This document shows positions 1-13,210 of a stretch of DNA of 64,000 nucleotides, piece after piece. The DNA is from Haliotis cracherodii. Lineage: Eukaryota. Both the position numbers and the translations under genes were made by a program. The DNA lies in NCBI RefSeq assembly GCF_022045235.1, contig NW_027266264.1, forward strand, positions 80,538,001 through 80,602,000, written 5' to 3'. Below the pieces are notes generated by a model, which worked only from the letters and a program-made list of their open reading frames with translations, made no database searches and had not been told where the DNA came from. Positions within the stretch are counted from its first letter, which is position 1, and each line of letters opens with the position of its first letter.

Positions 1-614
1 GTTCAACAAAGGTTAAGACTGTTATTAAAGTATCAGAATAAGAATTCCAGTAATAAAATATGCAACAAAATGTAATATTCGTTACGATTCGTTTTGCATA
101 CTTATAAACAGGCGTTTGGGAAACAAAATATTCATGCGATTTAATAATCGTGGGAAGATATGTTGAATCATTTCCTGCTGGAATCGTTATTAGGTGTACT
201 CCCGGGATACTCAAAGACGCTAAACATGCCGGCAACCTAATGTTCAAAACAAGGGATAACAAAACATTTTGAAAAACTCATCCGTTTACACATATAACTC
301 CTAATAGTAAATGAAACCAAAACAACTTTGGTCGCTGAACGAATCTGGCAGCTATCAAGAAAAACAACAATAATCATTTACATGCACATTCCAGGAAGCA
401 GGTTAGGTTTTATGACGTGTTCTATGAAGTGATTTGTGACTGTGTCCTGTGATGTGTTTAATGACGTGTTTTATGGAGTGTTTTATGACGTGATTTATGA
501 CGTGTTCTTTGAAGTGATTTGTGACTGTGTTTTATGACGTGTTCTATGAAGTGATTTGTGACTGTGTTCTATGATGTGTTCTTGTCATGATGCAGTGATC
601 TATCTCTTCCCTAG

Positions 615-821
615 ATGACGAGCGGTGCGTCCTCCCCAGTGGAATGAACCCTGACCCCGACAACTGTGCCCAGTTCCTGGCCTGTACCAACCGGACAGTG
701 GTGGCCACGATGCAGTGTCCAGAGAACACGCTCTTCTCCACCAAGAACAACACGTGCGATTTGAGTTTCCTCGTGGCTGCTGAGTGTCGTACGAGACTCA
801 TCCCAGAACACGTCGTTGTTA
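615..821 (+). CDS. Gene A, penultimate exon: chitin-binding type-2 (peritrophin-A/CBM14) domain; 5' part of the gene lies upstream of the window
   Basis: Acceptor tcttccctAG (613-614) and donor GTAAGT (822), phase 1/1. Translates DDERCVLPSGMNPDPDNCAQFLACTNRTVVATMQCPENTLFSTKNNTCDLSFLVAAECRTRLIPEHVVV with Cys spacing 12-5-10-12-9. Confidence 0.88.
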
Positions 822-842
822 GTAAGTACACAAACATGCAGC

Positions 843-1012
843 CCCGTGAAGATCCGGGCTAGGGCTGTCTGACTCGCTGATTTGGTGGAAGCTTTTAATT
901 GTTTCCCAATTGTGTGGATCGATGCTCATGATGTCAATCACTGGATTGTCTGGTTCAGACTCGATTATTTCCAGAACGCCGTCATAAAGCTGAAATATTG
1001 CTGAGAGTTGCG
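843..1012 (+). mobile_element. SINE-like S3, internally deleted
   Basis: CCCGTGAAGATCCGGG start and S3 3' half. Confidence 0.7.
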
Positions 1013-1096
1013 AGAGCCGGAAGAATTTCGTTTTCATTTTGTCTACATGTATATACACCATAGCACATTATTTCTCACGCTCATGACATAAATTGA

Positions 1097-1377
1097 GGGG
1101 GCACGGGTGGCCCAGTCGTCTAAGGCGCCGCGACTCGCTGTGCAGAGTTGCGTCCCCTAGGCACGCCAGAAACCTATGATTGTGGGTTCGAAACCCGGTT
1201 CGCCCCGATTATGTTTCAAGGTTTGTCAGCACCATACCCGTGCTCGTGGGTTTCACCGAAGTGGTAAACGTCTGAGACCTGCATCACTTCGGGCTTTCCT
1301 CCCACATTAAGCTGACACGCCGTGATATAACTGGAATACTGTTAAAAGCGGCGTTAAACCCAACTCACTCACTCACT
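1097..1377 (+). mobile_element. SINE family S1 (tRNA-Leu-like head), full length
   Basis: A-box TGGCCCAGTCGTCTAAGGCG, B-box GGTTCGAAACC, (ACTC)n tail, TSD CATAAATTGA (1087-1096/1378-1387); five copies in the window. Confidence 0.85.
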
Positions 1378-1474
1378 CATAAATTGAATTGGGCGGCTAT
1401 ATTAAATAGTAGGGTCTGGGAAGTCTTTGTGGGGTAGCACATGTAGACTCTCCACTAGTGTTGTGTACATGTTA

Positions 1475-2100
1475 CAGTCAATGTAAAAACGTTGGCAATT
1501 TACAAAATGTCTAAAGTTTTCGTTCACTTTACAAACTGATAAAAAAATCGGTCAGTGTTTTCGACAAATTGACGACAATTATCAAGAAGTTCAAAAGGGC
1601 TTACTATCATTACAATATACCAATCATGCAAGGATTATATTGGTTGGTTGTTTTGTTGTTTAACGCCGCGCTCAGCAATATTACAGCTATATGACGGCGG
1701 TCTGTAAATAATCGAGTCTGGACCAGCCAATCCAGTGATTAATATCATGAGCATCGATCCACACAATTGGGATCGATGTCATGCATCAAACCAAGTCAGC
1801 GGGCCTGATCACCCGATCCCGTTAGTCGCCTCTTACGACAAGCATAGTCGCCTTTTACGGCAAGCATGGGTTGCTGAAGACCTATTCTATCCCGGATCTT
1901 TACGGTTTGGCAAATATTATAAGCCAAAATTGACAATAATAATTTCTTTTAATCCTATTAGATGGTTATGAAATTCAACATCTAAGTCTATGGAATTCGT
2001 TGTCATTATAAAGTAAATGGACCGATTTTTCGGTCCATTTGTAAAATGACTAAATATTTAGGCGTTTTGTAAATTACCTCAGTGATTTAGACATTGACTG
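1475..2100. mobile_element. Tc1/mariner-type MITE with long imperfect TIRs
   Basis: TA|CAGTCAATGT...ACATTGACTG|TA; inverted similarity continues about 120 bp; S3 SINE nested inside. Confidence 0.7.
1641..1905 (-). mobile_element. SINE-like S3 nested in a MITE
   Basis: Reverse complement of 12943-13210. Confidence 0.82.
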
Positions 2101-2184
2101 TAACATATTCAACGTAGCACATTGTCATTGTGCCTATTTACAACGTTGTGAACCTACAATAACATCAGCACATCTCATCTTCAG

Positions 2185-2393
2185 CCACCGCTAGTCCCAT
2201 CGTCGATACCCCTTGTGAGGGAACCACGAACGGTGACGTCATTGACCCCACCAACTGCGCCCGCTTCTTCAAGTGCAACTACGGCCGCGTCGTCGCCAGA
2301 ATCAAGTGTCCCGCAAACAGCGCCTTCTCCTCCGACAAGCGCAAGTGCGACTGGAGAGCCAATGTGGACTGCGAGGATCGCCCATTGTCTTGA
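2185..2393 (+). CDS. Gene A, terminal exon: CBM14/peritrophin-A domain
   Basis: Acceptor catcttcAG (2183-2184), phase 1, in frame with the previous exon. Translates TASPIVDTPCEGTTNGDVIDPTNCARFFKCNYGRVVARIKCPANSAFSSDKRKCDWRANVDCEDRPLS*, Cys spacing 13-5-10-12-7 with canonical CDW. This frame is absent from the ORF track. Confidence 0.9.
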
Positions 2394-2699
2394 GCTCTCC
2401 CAGTCACGTGTCCGTCTTTCGACCAAGGGTTCTGGTGTCCTATCGATTCTTATCACGTGACCTCGACTAATCTCACGGACTATCATCGTTGTTCTTAAAT
2501 ATGTGTTTGTAAATTTGTTTTGTTATGTTTTATCGGCTTTTGGGGGAAGGTGATGTCAAGTTCATCTCATATAACAATTCATTTTTCAATCATTTCATTA
2601 TGGAAAAAGAATTAAGCTTTTTGTTTTGTTTAAAAAAACACGTTTCAGGGGCACCCTGTCTCAGATGTCTGTGTTCAGGTAACAGAAATGATTCATTGT

Positions 2700-2990
2700 A
2701 AGGACGATACACGTATGAGCTGATAAGAAAATGTGCACATGTGCTGAGATCCTTCATTATAAGATAGATGCATTTATGAGCTGATAAGGAAACGTGCACA
2801 TGTACCGACATCCTTCATTCTAAGAACGATACACTTATGAGCTGATAAGGAAATGTGCACATGTGCTTGACATCCTTCATTATAAGAACGGTACATTTAT
2901 GAGCTGATAAGGAAATGTGCACATGTACTGACATCCTTCATTCTAAGAATGATGCACTTATGAGCTGATAAGAATTGTACATAAATACTA
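2700..2990. repeat. Tandem repeat of about 61 bp, about 5 units
   Basis: TATGAGCTGATAAGGAAATGTGCACATGTGCTGACATCCTTCATT repeated. Confidence 0.8.
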
Positions 2991-3479
2991 AGACTCTTCA
3001 TCATTTTTACCGGATATGAGAACAATAGCGCCTGAAAAAACCGTAGTGTTTCTTGTTGAGCTAGTGAATGATTGAATGACATTATGCAGTGTATGTGTTT
3101 CCTGAAGTAATAAACTGTTTTGATTAAATATTGTGATTGTTATTGATCCCACAATGGGACATAGCAAATGCCAATGCGTTCGAACAGGTACATGTATATG
3201 GGTTTTACTTAAATACGCCTGTCTCGATGGTATAGTTGTATTGGCGAAATCTCAGTGCATTGTACGCTTCCGACTATATCATGAGCTTGTGTTTATGAAT
3301 CACGTTCAAATAGTAATGATACCAGGTGTTCGTGAAAAGGTGAGCGTATGCTGTCCCACCGGTGACACCCGTCACAAACACATACAAAGGCAAGTCATAT
3401 GCTCACCTGTGTAAGTGAGTGAACGAGTATGGTTTTACGCCGCTTTTAGCAATATACACTGAGCAGAAAACCAAACACG

Positions 3480-5190
3480 GGTCTATATCAGCATTGCCAT
3501 ATATTTCCAACACTGGACAGAGAACAATTGTCTATGTCAGCATTCCCATATATTTCCAACACTGGACAGAGAACAATGGTCTGTGTCAGTGTTCCTATAT
3601 ATTTCCAACACAGGACAGAGAACAATGGTCTGTGTCAGCATTCCCATACATTTCCAACAATGGTCTGTGTCAGCATTCCCATATATTTCCAACACAGGAC
3701 AGAGAACAATAGTCTATATCAGCATTCCCATATATTTCCAACAATGGTCTGTGTCAGCATTCCCATATATTTTCAACAATAGTCTATGTCAGTATTCCCA
3801 TATATTTCTAACACTGGACAGAGAACAATGGTCTGTGTCAGTGTTCCTATACATTTCCAACACAGGACAGAGAACAATAGTCTATGTCAGTATTCCCATA
3901 TATTTCCAACAATGGTTTATGTCAGCATTCCCATATATTTCCAACACTGGACAGAGAACAATGGTCTATGTCAGTGTTCCCATATATTTCCAACAATGGT
4001 TTATGTCAGCATTCCCATATATTTCCAACACTGGACAGAGAACAATGGTCTATGTCAGTGTTCCCATATATTTCCAACAATGGTTTATGTCAGCATTCCC
4101 ATATATTTCCAACACTGGACAGAGAACGATGGTCTGTGTCAGTGTTCCCATATATTTCCAACAATGGTTTATGTCAGCATTCCCATATATTTCCAACACT
4201 GGACAGAGAACAATGGTCTATGTCAGTGTTCCCATATATTTCCAACACAGGACAGGGAACAATTGTCTATGTCAGTATTCCCATGTATTTCCAACACTGG
4301 ACAGAGAACAATAGTCTATGTCAGTATTCCCATATATTTCCAACACTGGACAGAGAACAATGGTCTGTGTCAGTGTTCCTATACATTTCCAACACAGGAC
4401 AGAGAACAATGGTCTATGTCAGTGTTCCCATATATTTCCAACACAGGACAGGGAACAATGGTCTATGTCAGTGTTCCCATGTATTTCCAACACTGGACAG
4501 AGAACAATAGTCTATGTCAGTGTTCCCATATATTTCCAAAACTGGACAGAGAACAATGGTCTATGTCAGTGTTCCCATATATTTCCAACACAGGACAGAG
4601 AACAATGGTCTGTGTCAGTCTTCCCATATATTTCCAACACTGGACAGAGAACAATGGTCTATGTCAGCATTCCCATATATTTCCAACAATAGCCTATGTC
4701 AGTACTCCCATGTATTTCCAACACTGGACAGAGAACAATGTTCTATATCAGCATTCCCATACATTTCCAGCACTGGACAGAGAACAATGGTCTGTGTCAG
4801 TGTTCCTAGATATTTCCAACACAGGACAGAGAACAATAGTCTATGTCAGTATTCCCATATATTTCCAAAACTGGACAGAGAACGTTGGTCTGTGTCAGTG
4901 TTCCCATATATTTCCAACAATGGTCTATGTCAGCATTCCCATATATTTCCAACGCTGGACAGAGAACAATGGTCTATGTCAGTGTTCCCATATATTTCCA
5001 ACACAGGACAGGGAACAATTGTCTATGTCAGTATTCCCATGTATTTCCAACACTGGACAGAGAACAATAGTCTATGTCAGTATTCCCAAATATTTCCAAC
5101 ACTGGACAGAGAACAAAGGTCTATGTCAGTATACCCATGTATTTCCAACACTGGACAGAGAACAATGGTCTGAGTCAGCATTTCTAACAT
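3480..5190. repeat. Minisatellite of mixed 49-bp and 35-bp units
   Basis: CAACACTGGACAGAGAACAATGGTCTATGTCAGCATTCCCATATATTTC; the short unit lacks 14 bp. Confidence 0.92.
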
Positions 5191-5844
5191 TAACCGACAG
5201 TGTGATTCAACACATTCCAAAAACAGTAAACAAACATTATCCTTCATTTTATTATTAAATTCGTCACGATATGGCTGAAATATTGCCGATGTGACGTAAA
5301 GCATAAACTCACTCACCCATATAATATTATTAAATCGATATAAACAGTTAATATACAATCCGAAAATGTGCTTGAAAATACATAGATGATTCGATAATGT
5401 CTTTACACCATTCTCAATTTAGATATTTAGTTAAATTGCTGGATAAATAACTTTCTGGGCTCGCGAAGATATCCCTCTCTCTTCAATGGTTCAAGTACGT
5501 TCAATAGATTGACTGTCAACCTGCTGTTAGTTCAGATGCTTAAATCACAACCCTGAAAGTCGGGATCCCGGATTTACATCCGCCGGACGGTCAAGTTTCT
5601 TGAATCAACCCGTTGTTACACATGTCATCACACGGACACTAGGTTTTAATAACGCCGCATGTATTAGGTTGTACATTACGGTCTTCCAGCGCGAGGATTT
5701 CTTCTTCATGCCTACTTCACCATACCCGTTTCTTCATTACGACTACTTTATGATAACCGTCTCTTCTTTGTGGCTAATTCGTGATAGCTGTTTCCTCTGT
5801 TATGCCTACTTTGTCATAACTGTTTTTCCTTTGTAGCTTCTTCA

Positions 5845-6430
5845 TGATAGCCGTTTCTTCTTCACGCCGACTCCGTGATAGCCGTTTCTTCTTCACGCCG
5901 ACTCCGTGATAGCCGTTTCTTCTTTACGCCTACTCCGTGATAGCCGTTTCTTCTTCACGCCTACTCCGTGATAGCCGTTTCAACTTCACGCCTACTCCGT
6001 GATAGCCGTTTCTTCTTTATATCTACTTCATGATAGCCGTTTCTTCTTCACGCCGACTCCGTGATAGCCGTTTCTTCTTTACGCCTACTCCGTGATAGCC
6101 GTTTCTTCTTCACGCCTACTCCGTGATAGCCGTTTCAACTTCACGCCTACTCCGTGATAGCCGTTTCTTCTTTATATCTACTTCATGATAGCCGTTTCTT
6201 CTTCACGCCGACTCCGTGATAGCCGTTTCTTCTTCACGCCGACTCCGTGATAGCCGTTTCTTCTTTACGCCTACTCCGTGATAGCCGTTTCTTCTTCACG
6301 CCTACTCCGTGATAGCCGTTTCAACTTCACGCCTACTCCGTGATAGCCGTTTCTGCTTTATATCTACTTCATGATCGCCGTTTCAACTTTACGCCTACAC
6401 CGTGATAGCCGTTTCTTTGTGCGCCCACTC
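5845..6430. repeat. 31-bp minisatellite with higher-order structure
   Basis: CCGTGATAGCCGTTTCTTCTTCACGCCTACT; degenerate flanks extend from about 5700 to 6590. Confidence 0.9.
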
Positions 6431-7045
6431 CGTGAGAGATTTACTTCTTTACGCCTACTTCACCATACCTGTTTCTTATTTACGACTGCTTCTTGACACT
6501 CATTTTCTTCTTTGTGGCTTATCTGTGATAGCTGTTTCCTCTTTTACGCCTACTTTGTCATAGCCGTATCTTCCTTTGTTTCTTCTTTACGACTACTGTC
6601 ACATTTAGAACATTCTCCAGATGTATTGGGTCTGGAAGCTATCTTTATCTTAAAAATATCTAAAATTAGGATAAGTTAGAGCTAATTTCTATAATACATG
6701 TAATTTAAGGTTGGAGTGAATTGACCTGTATCTCACCAGATCCTCTCTCATTGACAATCGAGTTTCCATCGATCTTTCTCATTTAAAGTTATTGTATTAC
6801 AAACATTTTTTCTCCATTTAGTTTTGCCAGAAAATATTCGTGTTCGGGTATAGGTCGAAATCACATGTTTATGTTTATATTTACCAGCTGTTAATATCAT
6901 TGTGTCAAATATGCTAGTGATAGTTTTGATATTATGAACACTGACTAAAGCTAAGTATGCACATATAAATACGTATCTTTGCAGACTAACATGAGTTTGT
7001 CTACCGAGGATTAATAGCTGCATTTGTCTAGTACGTATCCTTTAT

Positions 7046-7868
7046 GCCCCCGCCACACGGAATCAGCAGGAATCAAGCAGAACCAGCCGGAATGAAGAAT
7101 TTTCAAAATTCGTGCCATATTCGGGAGGGAAGTTCAAATTGACCAAGCTTTGTAAGAATGCCGTTCGAATACTTAGAATGCGCTTCGAATGATCATTGCA
7201 CATTCTGAGTGTATTAGCTCTCGAATGCAGCTCAAATGTAGTTGGAACACATTAGGAATATTTAGTATGCTGTCAGATTGCAATCATACGAGTGCGGTTC
7301 GATTGCTGCCCGAATACCGCATGAAGTCTGGTTGGAAGGTGCCTCGAATGCCGTTCGAATTCACCTTGAATACAGGCAGAACACTCCCGGAATGGCCCCC
7401 GAATATGGTTCGAACGTCCAAGAATTCAAATAGAATGCAGCTCGAATACTTAGAATGTACTTTGAATGTATTTCGAATGTACTTAGAATGTAACACGAAT
7501 GTCCCGAGCTGAATTCTTTTGATATAGAAATAGATTCCGGCAGCAATCGAGATGCATTCGAGGTGCATTCGGGGCAGGATTTGAAGTGGCTTGGCGTTTC
7601 GATTCTCCCTCGAATGCGATGAGAATGTTTCGAATGCTGTTGGAATACACTTTGTATGCCGTTCGATATTTCTCCACTTCGAATGCACCTCGAAAGTTTC
7701 GAGCATCAGCAAATCATTCGGGCCGGCCACAGGAATGGGCTCGAATATTTGGAATGCACTCAGGATGCAGTCAGAAGTTTTAGACTGCACTTCGAGCATC
7801 CTGGAATAAACAAAGAATTTCCATTCCGACGGCATTCCGGCTCATTCCGCCTCAAGTGTGACTAGGGT
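7046..7868. mobile_element. Probable non-autonomous DNA transposon rich in TTCGAA/GAATG/CATTC motifs
   Basis: Weak terminal inverted similarity (CCCCGCCACAC versus GTGTGACTAGGG); sharp composition boundaries; superfamily not assignable. Confidence 0.4.
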
Positions 7869-7869
7869 T

Positions 7870-8800
7870 TTCGAGTCCACATTCCAAGATTGTCTATAGT
7901 TGAATCAGTTGATGATTTTTGGTATAGACATTGAATAACTCTGCCAAAGTATCGTTGAGTATTTTCTATCTGAACAGAATCTTTAGTGCGTATGCCGCTG
8001 AGCAGCTCACACGCATAGAAGCTAGTAGAGAGAATAATTCGGTGCCATATTTTAACATATGCAATAATATGGAGATCATAACTATTTAATCCCACAGACT
8101 TAAGTGAGCTTTCTGTGCGTCTTGCGTTTTTGGCAACATCGAACAATCATATGTGTAATGTCAGTATAGAATCATCCCCCAAATGTTGCACTGTTCGAAT
8201 AGGAACACCACCCAGCTGGAATTTGATTGGATGACGTTGGGAAATAAATCTGAATATAACGGTATGGCTTTTGGTTAAACCTATTCTCCAGTCACATGCA
8301 TACTGCGTGACAGTGTTAAGAGCAACTTGAAGGCCTGTAGGTGTGTCAACAAACAATTGGGATTATTTAGTCCATATACAGTAATATCAGTCTTTTCCTC
8401 TAACTTCACAGATCAGATCATTAATATAAACAAGAAGGAACCAGGAAGAAAGCGCCCGTCCTTGCACTACATTCTGCTCAATAGAAAAAGTATGTGATAT
8501 TTCACCAAAGTAGGTGACATATGCACAACTAGTGCCGCAACTTTGATAGAGAAGATTCCACATCTTCCCCTAAATGCCAAAGTCATACAGTTTTACAAAT
8601 AGGCCAGCATGCCAAATACGACCATGGCCTTGTTCAGGAAGGCTGCATAGGCTGTGATTTCCTAGCCAAATAATAACTTACACATTACAGCACCATGCTC
8701 TTTTCGAAATCCGAACTGTAAAGGGCCTGGAAGGGATGGACAATGTATCATACACCATTCTTCCAATCGTTGTAGAATTACTTTTCAAATGGTTTTCCCA
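7870..8800 (-). mobile_element. Decayed LINE reverse-transcriptase fragment (CR1/L2-like)
   Basis: Minus-strand VVQGRALSSWFLLVYINDL (QG..SP.LF..YINDL motif), IWHAGLFVKLYDFGI and GLQVALNTVTQYACDW; stops and frameshifts. Confidence 0.7.
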
Positions 8801-9399
8801 GTTAGGATGAAAGAATAATGTAAATAGTACAGTTTGTCTTGTACATATAACTTCGTCACGTGAAATTATTCAACATTGTCCTCTTAAAAAAATACATGAA
8901 TTGTTTGAGAGGCATTACTTAGAAGTTGACGGATGACAAAGCAGACACAATTCATGGACAACAAATTCTTTAATACTGTAAAAAGTGACGTTTCGGTATA
9001 AATCCTTATACCATTGTCCAGCAAGACTGACTTGACAACGGTATAAGGATCTATACAGAAACGTCGCCTTTACATTATTAAAGAAGTTGTTATCCATAAA
9101 TTGTGTCTACGTTGTAAAAAAAATACATGTTTGAAGAAAATAGGAATAGACACCAGAGCTATTTGAATTGAGAAGATTTATCATAAACTGTTCATCTTTA
9201 TGCTCATCAACCACGTTTTGTACACTCCTAATTTACATTAGGACTATATAGGCTTGGACATTATGCAAGGAAATCCTGAATTCACAAAGTTGCTCTTTTT
9301 TCAGGTTGAAGCTGAGACTTGATACAATCAAAATTAGAGAGAAAATATGAAGACGTAACCTGCTGATACCAATTTTGGCTATACATGTCATTAAGTCTT

Positions 9400-10540
9400 T
9401 GTTTTGGCTATACATGTCATGAAGTCTTTGTTTTGTTGAATACAAGAATTACGTTTCACAACCAATTGCTTGTTAAATCCACACGAAAGAATATCCACAC
9501 ATAGATAGCATATTCCTCACTGCAGACATTCAGATGTTCTTACCTGTTTCAACAAATTGCTGTAATATTTCACACCAGTGAATCAAGTGTCTATGCTCAT
9601 TCATCCTTAGTAATGTCAACCAATGTTTGATTACTCGTATCTGACTGAAAAAGAACATAAAAAGAACAACGAACAGTTTCGCAAAGAACGGCTTTATTTG
9701 AAGCACGTTTACCAAACCCTAAATATCGATTAAAATACATAGTGGGAACTTATTTCAGTGCATCATAATACTTGCATCCCCAAATTTCAGATCGATGTAA
9801 TAGAAAATGTGCAGTGTTACAGTGCAACACCGTCGAGGCTGTAACACATGATTAATAATTGTTCTTCTTGAATAATTTGTAAATTGACCCTATTTTCTAG
9901 ATGCTTGAAGAGCTTGTTGTTTGCTAGCCATGGACCACATTGATATGGAAGAGAACAATAGCACCAAATACTTACAACATGTAACAAAAAGCATAAATAC
10001 TTAGTTCCGTACTGCAGACACCCAGATGTTCTTGCCTGTGTCATGAAGTTGCTGTAATATGTCATACTAGTGAGTCAGGTATCTATGTTCATCCATCCTG
10101 AAGAACTTCAACCAATGTTTGAGACCTCGTATCTGACTAGAAATATACCAGAGTATAAGGGCCAATTTCACAAGGCATGGCCTTATTTGAAACGCATTTA
10201 TCAACTCCTAAATGTCACATAAAATACAAAGTGGGAACTTGCTTCAGTGGATTCCTAATACTTGGGTCCCCAAACTTCGGATCCAAATAATAAGATATTT
10301 GCGCTTTTACAGTCAAGTCGCGGCCGTAGTACATGATTTGTAAAAAATAATTGTTCTTGAATAATTTGTAAATTGGCCAAATTGTTTCAGATGGTTATAG
10401 AGCTAGTTATTTGCTAGCCGTAGACCACATTAACCCTGAAGAGGCACTCCTAAATACTTATAATATGTAACAATCTTTAAGGTAGTATTACTGCATGTCC
10501 ATGTTTCATGTTTAGTTATCATATCCCCATTCTGAATACA
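9400..10540 (-). mobile_element. Two tandem decayed LINE C-terminal fragments
   Basis: Remnants of GSEVWG, RHLGVDKCVSNKA and QIRVIKHWLTLL motifs; the second copy is duplicated at 19380-19930. Confidence 0.6.
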
Positions 10541-10817
10541 TCGATACAGTACCATCACTATTTGCTAGAGATTCATTGACACATGGACCGCATCCGTGGT
10601 CTAGTGGTAAAGCATCCGCCCGGAAAGCGGAATGTCCGGGGTTCACCTCATTGACACATGCTTAGGCGGAATACTCGGAATCGTACAATAGACACAGCTT
10701 TTAGTAGAAATCTGTTATGATGATGGCAAAAGCTTTTTGCCGCTTTTATTTTATCCGGATTTACTTTTGGATCATCCTTACCTATCCCAGTGGGATATGA
10801 TAACGGGTGTTTTCTAC

Positions 10818-11870
10818 CACATGACATACTTATTACGCGAGAGTCAGAGGGAACCAGCGCAGCACATGACATACTCATTACGGGAGAGTCAGAGGGGAAA
10901 CCAGCGCAGCACATGACATACTCATTACGGGAGAGTCAGAGGGAAACCAGTGCAGCACATGACATACTTATTACGGGAGAGTCAGAGGGGAAACCAGCGC
11001 AGCACATGACATACTCATTACGGGAGAGTCAGAGGGGAAACCAGTGCAGTACATGACATACTCATTACGGGAGAGTCAGAGGGGAAACCAGCGCAGCACA
11101 TGACATACTCATTACGGGAGAGTCAGAGGGAAACCAGTGCAGCATATGACATACTTATTACGGGAGAGTCAGAGGGGAAACCAGCGCAGCACATGACATA
11201 CTCATTACGGGAGAGTCAGAGGGGAAACCAGCGCAGCACATGACATACTCATTACGGGAGAGTCAGAGGGGAAACCAGTGCAGTACATGACATACTCATT
11301 ACGGGAGAGTCAGAGGGGAAACCAGCGCAGCACATGACATACTCATTACGGGAGAGTCAGAGGGAAACCAGCGCAGCACATGACATACTCATTACGGGAG
11401 AGTCAGAGGGGAAACCAGCGCAGCACATGACATACTCATTACGGGAGAGTCAGAGGGGAAACCAGCGCAGCACATGACATACTCATTACGGGAGAGTCAG
11501 AGGGGAAACCAGCGCAGCACATGACATACTCATTACGGGAGAGTCAGAGGGGAAAATCAGCGCAGCACATGACATACTTATTACGCGAGAGTCAGAGGGG
11601 AAACCAGTGCAGTACATGACATACTTATTACGGGAGAGTCAGAGGGGAAACCAGCGCAGCACATGACATACTCATTACGGGAGAGTCAGAGGGGAAACCA
11701 GAGCAGCACATGACATACTCATTACGGGAGAGTCAGAGGGGAAACCAGCGCAGTACATGACATACTCATTACGGGAGAGTCAGAGGGAAACCAGCGCAGC
11801 ACATGACATACTCATTACGGGAGAGTCAGAGGGAAACCAGCGCAGCACATAACATGCTCATTACGGGAAA
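10818..11870. repeat. 46/47-bp minisatellite, about 22 units
   Basis: CATGACATACTCATTACGGGAGAGTCAGAGGGGAAACCAGCGCAGCA. Confidence 0.93.
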
Positions 11871-12942
11871 GTAAATCGTCAATGTCTCGCCCTTTGATAC
11901 GTCATGTAAAGAAAAGGGAGCTTTGTAGGCATATACGCTCTAACATCCATGGATTTGCAAAGGCCTTCACGTGACAAACATAACATTTAAAGAAAATGCC
12001 TCTTCATTTCCACCATTGATACAGTTAATTACAATAACCATCCCGATTTGTTTTTATCTGGCCGTGCAAACTGTGAGCTGTAATTACTTTAAAACCATCC
12101 GGTACACGAAACTCTCTTCATAAAGAGGAGAATCAACACTGACTAGACTCTTGGGTAATTAGACCGCCCTTTATTATGTTTTCGTCAATGCGAGCGTAAC
12201 GGGGCTCGTTACACACGAATCTGAAAAAATAGCTACAAAAAAACTTGCAAACGGTATGTGTTGCCGCCAAATGGGGAACTTAGTTAGTGTATTACGTGAT
12301 CCTGATTTGAACAATGCCAAGAATTAAGGCAGGGAGCTGACACAGGGTGCTCTCACTTTGCTGGCAGGTATTCTTCGTAAGTATATATCTCTAACGAGAC
12401 AAATACAAAAATTGTGGGGGATGAAGACTATAGTTTGTTCCAGGCTTGACAGACCCCAGCCCTCCGGCAAAGTGAGCGTAATTGTCAAGACATACATCAC
12501 ATAGACATATATAAGGTCTATAAATGAAACTAAAAACATGATGAGCAAACAAAAATTCATAATGAATAGCACAACTTTATTTATTTCACACAAAAAATAT
12601 ACATTTCACGTTGATATGGTGCCATCTTCATTTTTGGCTGGCTAGTCGCTTGTCCAGTTAACGTTACTATCTGAGAGAGATCCACCCTGTCAGCTGGAGG
12701 ATCGTTATCTCAGTGAAGCTCTGCTCTGATTTGATTAAGTTTATGAATTTGAATACTGATGACTGGCAGTGATTTGTGCCTTTTTTGAGTGCAAACACTC
12801 AACATGGTTAGTTGACCTTGGCCCAACTTTGGAAAATGGTTCCACAATACTGCTTCACCACCAAGGACCCCCTGATCAGTTGGGTCGTCAGCAAGCTTGC
12901 GCACACAAAACCCTGGAATTATGCCCATTGTACACCAAACTC

Positions 12943-13210
12943 GACCCGTGAAGATTCCGGGGTAGAATAGGTCTTCAGCAACCCATGCTTGCCGTACAAG
13001 GTGACTATGCTTGTCGTAAAAGGCGACTAACGGGATAGGGTGGTCAGTCTCGCTGACTTGGTTGATGCATGTCATCGATCCCAATTGCGTGGATCGATGC
13101 TGATGATATTAATCACTGGATTGTCTGGTCCAGACTCGATTATTTACAGACCGCCGTCATATAGCTGGAATATTGCTGAGTGCGGCGTAAAACAACCTAC
13201 CAACCAACCA
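12943..13210 (+). mobile_element. SINE-like family S3 (no tRNA head), full length
   Basis: Starts GACCCGTGAAGA, ends GCGGCGTAAAAC plus (CAAC)n; TSD ACACCAAACTC (12932-12942/13211-13221). Confidence 0.85.

Noticed and set aside
3419-5258. Long ORFs (up to 490 aa) in all three plus frames
   Set aside because: They translate a 49/35-bp minisatellite; unit lengths are not multiples of three and the same peptides cycle through the frames.
10818-11870. CRISPR-like regular repeat arrays (also 17770-19170, 48480-49630)
   Set aside because: Head-to-tail units with no unique spacers, no cas genes, eukaryotic context.
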